DNA of 63,806 nt from Octopus bimaculoides (lineage: Eukaryota): assembly GCF_001194135.2 (NCBI RefSeq), contig NC_068983.1, positions 77,062,494 through 77,126,299 of the forward strand, in the 5' to 3' direction. The notes under the pieces are model-generated. The model made no database searches and had not been told where the DNA came from. It saw only the letters and a program-made list of their open reading frames with translations. This document shows positions 56,068 through 63,806 of this stretch, piece after piece. Made by a program: the position numbers and the translations under genes. The stretch's first letter is position 1, and each line of letters begins with the position of its first letter.

Positions 56068-56723
56068 ATTCTGATAAATTTGAAGGTGTCTCTAAAAACT
56101 TTACGGTAATTTCTGGCCATGCGACACCAAAAACCAACGAGAAGAAAATGCACTTACGAATTCATCGGCTAGCGAGTTCAGGCATCCCACCTCAATCCAA
56201 TTAAGTAAAAGCAGGTTTGTTTTTGCTTTTCACTCTGGTTTTTTGTTCTATGTGTGCCATAAATATCGCCATCCATTTGGAGAAAAATTTGTAGTTTAGA
56301 ATCAGTAGTTCTTTGACTGCTATTTCTAGATCTTCAGTATGTTGGAGAAGCAACCCATTGCTAATCCCTGTATATTTATGATGATAAATGATTTTACCGA
56401 TAAAGGTGTTTTTCATACTGAACTACTTGGCAAAATTGCTAATTATTAATTCTATTACTAATTGACGGTTCCCTGCCCTTATTCTTGTATAATTTATATT
56501 TGATACCTCTAAGTTAGATGGTTAAACCGTAATCCCTTCACACGGGACTTTTTTTCATACGGGACTATTTGTGACGCACATGGAATGGATTTCTTTTGAG
56601 GTGGGATGCCTGAACTCGCTAGCCGATGAATTCGTAAGTGGCTTTTCTTCTCGTTGGTTTTTGGTGTCGCATGGCCAGAAATTACCGTGAATTTTTTAGA
56701 GACACCTTCAAATTTATCAGAAT

Positions 56724-56782
56724 ATTGGACTGATGAGTTCGGAATAGATTTATATCTTAACCGCGAAACGTTCGTATCCAAT
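56724..56782 (+). ncRNA. Type I hammerhead ribozyme
   Basis: Stem I AUUGGA/UCCAAU; core CUGAUGA (56730-56736); stem II G-C plus CGG/CCG and an inner AGAU/AUCU hairpin; GAAA (56765-56768); stem III ACG/CGU with a 2-nt loop; GUA cleavage triplet ending at 56776. Confidence 0.8.
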
Positions 56783-59700
56783 TAACTAAAGGCAGGTTTG
56801 TTTTTTTGCTTTTCACTCTGGTTTTTTGTTCTATTTGTGCCATAAATATCGCCATCCATTTGGAGAAAAATTTGTAGTTTAGAATCAGTAGTTCTTTGAC
56901 TGCTATTTCTAGATTTTCAGTATGTTGGAGAAGCAACCCATTGCTAATCCCTGTATATTTATCATGATAAATGATTTTACCGATAAAGGTTTTTTTCATA
57001 CTGAACTACTTGGCAAAATTGTTAATTATTAATTCTATTACTAATTGACGATTCCCTGCCCTTATTCTTGTATAATATCTATCGATCTAAATACATATGT
57101 GTGCACGTTCTACGTGCGTGTGTGTATGTGTGTCTGTGTGCGGCCATGAGCATGTAAGTATGTACAAGTATAATACTGCTGTGGTTGTGATAAAGATACG
57201 GATATCAATAACAGTCAAGCATACCTCAGTTTTATACAGATGATTGGAAAGTGTACTAGCTGAAACTATAGCATATTCTTGATCTCTGAAGCTATACTTC
57301 ACTTCTCTGCGCACCTGAACTGTGAAATCACAAAGGTGTCTCTGCTTTAGTGGAATTAAGGTTTCCATAAGAAATATAATCTCAACTACTCTCATAGTGC
57401 AACTCAAGTACATTCATTTTACAATATTTAAAGTGTAAAGGTCAGTGGCCTAGAATGCTAATCTTGTGTAATATTATATATTTATACCTAATTCCTTTCA
57501 GATATGATGTGCTAGAATGAAATTATCTAAAATATATACCAGGCAGTAATAGAATTTCGCTTTTTTTTCTGTTGAATAATCTTTCAGGGGAAAACATTTA
57601 CATTTAGATGAAAGCGAAAGAATAGAACGTTCAGTATATCTATTTTGTATTAGCGTATGCAATATAGTAAATAATGCATTGAGTTCAAGGGATAGACATA
57701 GTAATCAGATGTAAGACTTCATCTTCGTATCATCCAGATAACGCAACAGATCTATGTTTAGCTTTGGAACTAAAACATTAAAGGAGTCATAAATATATGA
57801 ATAAATCCAGAATAAAAGTAAAACGATTACGCAGATATATACAAAGTCATATCCAACAAATTAGTTATAAAAAGTAGGTACCAAAAATCTTTGAAAGAGA
57901 AAACGAAAAAGTATGTTTTGGTATTATACAAAAATGTTTGTAAATCTATAAATCTATATAAAATCATTATTAGTATTCAAAATGTTATTCTATCAATGGA
58001 AAAAATATATAAAAAAAACGACAAATATCTTCAAAAATATCGACTCGGATGTTTACAAAGGGCTAGAAAAGCGTAAATAGACTTTTATTAAATTTTCCAG
58101 TAAGATAGAAAAAAATAAAGAAGACATTTAGATAAAGATTCTAACCACATATATCATTTTGTTTGTTGTTGTTTCTGTCAGTATTCCTAATATAATTGTT
58201 GTTAGTGATGGTTCCACTGTTGCTGCTGCTGGTGCCTCAGCGGTTGTTGGTTTATTCCTTCTCCAACAAAACGTCTACAAATGATCTACTTGTTTCTTTG
58301 TACACACAAATATAAATATTTTTTTCTGTTAATATGTTTTACTTCCTACCAATTCTTGTCATAGAATTGTGAAAAAGAGCATAAATATACGTCACTTTTT
58401 GAGAGAAAGTTTAAAGGAATAAAAAAAAATGAAAAAATGTAAAAGAAATGAGAGAAAGAGAGAAAGGGAGAAAAAGTGTTTCATTTGATGTATAAATATT
58501 TGAATATTTGGCACAATAGTTTATGTTGGTGAAAATTTATTTTTCTCTGTAAACTTCCTGTTAAAATAAGATGGCAACTTGTCTGGAAAAGATAACTGGA
58601 ACATTCATTACTTTCTTTGGAAATTTCTATGACATCCGCATCGTAAAATGATGTGACCGTTGTATAAATCTCAATAAAATCTTTATGTAGTTATGTATTT
58701 GCCTCTAACTGGAAAATTATTTTGAGGTTATCAAAAGAAAATATTGTGTAGATATTTTACACAGGAAGGACTTTATCAGAAGCATGTCCGGTTATATCAA
58801 ATATCACTATCAATGTTTAGCAATGAAGGACGTAATGTTAATCCAATGGGAGTAGGTTATGTACGCTTTCTTCTAATTCGTATTGAACTACCACTTTTAT
58901 AAATATTTTCTTCTGACATGTATAGAACATACACAAATATATACAAGAATTTTTATTAATTGAGATACCACATCAAACCCAGCTTAGTAACAGAATTCCC
59001 ATCATATTCCGCTTAATGCGACAGTAGATATTCTGATAAAATTGAGGAAACGTGGTTTTATTAGTTTTTATCATTCCTGATAGGCTCTCTCAGTTGGTTG
59101 GAACCATTTTTTGGCAATTTGAATTCGCAATGTAAAAAGCGAGCACATATACTAAAAAGTATCCAGCCTGGTACTACAGCAACTCCGGATAGCCAAAAAT
59201 GGAACTGGTTCTTTTCATCAACTCCAAAAAGATGGAATACAAAGGCTGCCTCAACGTCATTTAATCTCAGATGCAAACCTTCCTATTATATATCGCAAAG
59301 TGTGATATCGTTGTAGTTATTGTCCTAAATTGCAGACCTATCACATGAATGAATGAAAACGACTTTGTTAGACCATATCAATTTGCATCAAAATGCCTTA
59401 ACAACCTTTACAATATCTTTTGTAGTGACAATTGTTTTCTAAATTTAATTATGTTAAAGAAACGCACTGCGTAAAACGTATCTAATTACACGTCCTGCTA
59501 AATATTTACATTTCTAAACGAATATATTCATTAAGTGTTTTTGAAACTAATTGCTTGACTTGTGAGTTTTATGGAATATTTTCAAGATAGGAATGATTTA
59601 AGAATAGATAGCTCGAATTTCTTTTTAAAACATCTTAACGGTTGATAACTTGGATCACAAAAAATAAATACGCATATACATGGTTGCAAATTTGTCGCAA

Positions 59701-62700
59701 TAGAAAATCGCTTTAGACAAATGAATAAAATAATCCAGCTGCAAAATACAATATTTTCTATTTTTAATTTAGGTTTTTAAATCTACGAATTCATTCACTA
59801 CTCTGCGCAAAGAATAAAAAAGAAAATATTCCTTCGAAATACAAATGTCTTGTTTTCAAGGATGTGAGGTTGTACCTCTGCTTTCAACAATGTACCCGGT
59901 TTCGCAAATCTTTTTTCTAATTTACACGTCATAATGCATTTTATTATGACGCGATGGGAGAGTTCTGTCAGTCTCGTGCACAGGCTATTCAATAGTAGTA
60001 GCATTAGTTAAATATAACCTTCCTCGTTGGTTCTGTTATTATTTGTACGATATTGTATTTACCGAAGCAGTTATGACCAAAAATCCTATCTGTACAATTA
60101 CTGTTCATTCAATACCGATATTCCACACTGAGACTGTGTTGTTTGATGTACATGTACATAATTTCTTGCGTGTCTTGAAGAACTTTATGATATACATTTC
60201 CCCACCAACTTCGTATTTCTGAAGATATTGATTTTTTTTCCCATTTAATGATTATTACGAAGAGTCTTTAAATTATGTATCGGAAATATTAATCGAACAT
60301 ATGATTAACGTTTTCACAAGTAAGCAAGTCGTAATTAGGTATTAAGAGACAATAACATATTTGATAAATGTCCTTCAAGCCTTAAAACCTCTGGCGAAAG
60401 AGCTTGATATATAGGCAGTTTACCGATCAATTTGCTAAATATAAAATAATATTTTTTTTTTTTTTTCTGAAATATTGGTAGCGGCTTTTAGTCTGGGGGA
60501 ATTAAAACGGTAACAGTGTAATCAGCATTATGACAAGTCCTTGCATTAACATTATGCTGAAGATATTTGTGCAGGATTGAAATTCATCAGATAAGTTACA
60601 TTCTCTCTAATGAAGGGAACATAGAACTGGGTTAAACATGGCGATTAATTTGTATTAACAAACTGCGTATATAACAAATGATTTACAGTTCTCAAACACT
60701 GGCGGCACAGTTCTTGTAGATGCTCTCACACTGAATGACACTGACAACTTTAAATTTACAAAATCCCTTATTTCAGATTTCAGCAAAATTGCTATTAAAA
60801 CTGCTATCTTTTACAGACTGTTCTGCATTAGTATAGCAGGATTTTATTTGTCTTATAAAAGAGCGAGTGCTCACTATAAGTATGTAGCAAAATGAAAGAA
60901 AATTGCCTCGATATTTATATGATATTATTTTATGCGCTATCTATAACTTGATCATGATAAACAGAAATATTTTCTTATATATAAAATAACTCAGTAATCT
61001 ATGAACTAAAACAATACATCGATTAATTTCTTTGACCTTTGCAATTTAGACCACAAAAATAATAAATAGAGTTTTCTCTTCAATGGTTTCAAATACCTAT
61101 TCCTGAAGAGGAATTTAAAAAATTCGATTGTTCGCTAAATACTTGCAGCAAGCGTATGACGCACTTTTTGTGATAAGGACTGTTGACAACTACACCGTTT
61201 TTCCATTCATGAGTGATCTCTTAATAGCTTGTAAATTATAACATCTGTAGAGAAGTTTAGTGTCTCTATGCTGTTAATAACTCTCTTTTATTTACCAATG
61301 TGGCTTTCACTTCAGACATTGCTCTATCAGCCAAAATTATCCGAAGGGCGCCTTGCTGGGATTTTTTAAGCATGAATTGCTTAATCCTTCCATTGAGAAA
61401 GAAATTTCTGCAATTGTCGTGCGCTTTTATAGATAGTGACATTATTCTATAGATACGTTTTACTCTCATTACAACCCAACAATGCGCCTAATTTAGATTT
61501 GATAAATTGTATAAAGATAAATAAATAATGGAATAAATTTATTCCGAAAGATCCAGTTTTCGTCATATAAGTTTGATATTTTCTGTTGATGTAAAAATGA
61601 ATATATCTACTAACGTATATGTAGTAATTATATACTGAACTACTTTAGAATTTTATTCGAAGTATTTGCAACAAATTGTATTATGTATGCAAGGGTAAAT
61701 AGTTGCATATTCAGTGTATAACTCAGGTTCTTCATAAAATCAATCTTAACGCTTAACATATCGTAATGACTTCTCGGGGGTTTTAGAACTAATTACCTAG
61801 GATTATACGTAACACAAATAAATGGGCCTTCAAGCAATATAATATGGGACTAATTCATAAATACTCATATTATCGGTGTGTTTTCATCCTCATGACATAT
61901 AATTTCAAATCATCGTTGAAAGTCATAAATAACTCTATAGGGAAGGTGCAATATTATCTAATAGTACAAATGATCTAAGATCATATCTATGAAAGTCCAA
62001 GAGAGGTTTGACGATGGATGTTTCAAGCAATAAAATAATGCTAGGTTGCTTAAATTTATTCAATACTGACACGTTTTTAAAATAGAAATATCGTGGTTGG
62101 AGAAGCAATTTACAAGTAGCAATCATACGATTATATTCCTCATGCTATATATTATATTGGAGCACACGTATTAGTAATGTCTATATTTTGAATTATAATG
62201 ATGTTGATTATACACATGAAAAAAGAAGAGATAAAGTGAAAAAAGACAAGAAACGAAAGCAGAATGCAATATAAGTTATCGAAACAAAAGCTACTAAGAC
62301 GCAAAGTGAAATAAGAAACTCAAATGGGTGATTTGACTGCTATTTTAATTTCCAGGATACGAAGAATGATTATCATAAACAACCATGCGAACAAGAAGAA
62401 AATTTATGGAAAAGCAGATATTCAAAACGTCTAATTCTAAAGGCTAACGCTTTAATTAATTTTAATTGATTATTCCTTGCCATGTGGCTCAATACAAAGG
62501 CAGAAACTATTAAAGCTTTACGAAACAATTTTGCACACTGTCTCCAAAGAATTTCTTCATTAAATACATTGGGAGTTTCACAAATAAACACACCTAATCA
62601 CACAAACATATTCAGATACACGCACTCATAGGGACACGCACGTATAGGTCCATGCATTTATATAAATATTAGAGAGAAAGAGAGAATGATAAGAAGACAT

Positions 62701-63254
62701 GAGATTCTTTCATAAATGCTTTTAACTTTACTATTTTCTAAACTTCATCACGAAGCAAATATAATGAGTACTTTTCAATTTCATATTCATTTGTTTTCTT
62801 TTTGTGTATACATATATACTTCAAATATATATGTCTATATACTTAAAAGTTAATTGATAGTGCTAAATAATTTCTCCTACACATGTTCTTTCTTTAAGTA
62901 CTTGGAAACAAATTATAGGATATGTAAATTAATATATATGAATTAATATTTCTTTCGGCATGTGGCTATTTTCTTTTTTGAATTATTGTACACATAAACG
63001 TAATACATACATAGATGAGTGTACATTATGAATTCTTACCGGGACAGCCAACAATTTGCGACAGCAGTGATTTTTATGAGTGCATTTGTACATAAGTTGA
63101 ATCGAAGTTTGTCTAAGCAAGCACATATCGTTTTGCACATCTTATGTTAATACTTTTTGTTTCGCTTCCCTAGGATATTCGGTGCAAAGCGTAGCTGGAG
63201 AATTAAACAACCAACAATTATATCGGCGATGTTATACTTATATACATAATTACA

Positions 63255-63270
63255 CACGCACACACACACA

Positions 63271-63332
<62 letters not shown>

Positions 63333-63345
63333 CTTACATATATAA
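63255..63345. repeat. (CA)n-(TA)n microsatellite
   Basis: Directly visible. Confidence 0.95.
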
Positions 63346-63761
63346 TTACACAAGCACACATGAACACATATAATTGCATATATGTGGGTGTGTATATATA
63401 TGCATTGAGTAGATAAATTGATAGGGAGATACATACATACATTTATGCACAAACACGTACTTCTTTACGTACATTCATATGTACATACATCAATAGATAT
63501 GCAGGTCTGTGAACGCAGGTATTTTCATATTTCTGTTTGTACTTTAATTAAAGAAATTTAGGCTTATTAATTTAACGTATTAATGAACACGAAATATGGA
63601 TTACTTCATTATGGAATGAATTTACCCTGAAATATAAAATATTTCTTAAAATGTTCCTATAATCTCTGGATCACATTTGTTCATATTGCTCTCATAACCA
63701 ATGCATAGGTGAACTGATATGCTATGTTGCTTTCAAAGTTATGTTATGCATGTGTCATATT

Positions 63762-63806
<45 letters not shown>

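Larger units (their letters stand above)
55982..57076 (+). mobile_element. Hammerhead-bearing non-autonomous retroelement (retrozyme / Penelope-like): inverted partial copy plus ~1.5 tandem 581-nt units
   Basis: 55982-56195 is the reverse complement of 56596-56811; 56196-56493 directly repeats 56777-57076; only scattered substitutions between copies. Confidence 0.85.

Noticed and set aside
59061-59316. Overlapping 71-72 aa ORFs on both strands
   Set aside because: No recognisable domain or consistent splice boundaries; length within chance expectation.
61095-61140. ttc-CTGAAGA-ggaattt..aaattc-gat as a hammerhead
   Set aside because: No GAAA or stem III after the hairpin.

Overview
AT-rich, repeat-saturated eukaryotic DNA from a gapped short-read scaffold: 12 N-gaps, nearly all flanked by (TA)n or other microsatellites. 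The repeat complement points to a coleoid cephalopod, most likely Octopus; this is an inference from remembered repeat families, not a database search. No complete protein-coding gene is visible, and most ORF-track entries are microsatellite or gap artefacts. Supported content: tRNA-derived SINEs, at least six R4/Dong-like REL-endonuclease LINE fragments in (TAA)n tracts, RTE and Tx1/L1 fragments, four mariner remnants, a maT-like element and a Helitron-like non-autonomous element. Retroelements are almost all on the minus strand, suggesting the window is intronic to a plus-strand transcription unit; a few candidate exons and a TATA/GATA-rich promoter-like segment are noted at low confidence. 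The top finding is a young ~1.1-kb element at 55982-57076 carrying an intact-looking type I hammerhead ribozyme (56724-56782). It has a 581-nt repeat unit starting exactly at the predicted cleavage site, plus an inverted partial copy joined at that site, i.e. retrozyme / non-autonomous Penelope-like architecture. A second, unrelated repeat family (1.3-1.5 kb, 53.3 kb) carries a variant minimal hammerhead-like motif, and a third element (12.1-13.1 kb) has similar inverted-plus-tandem geometry.
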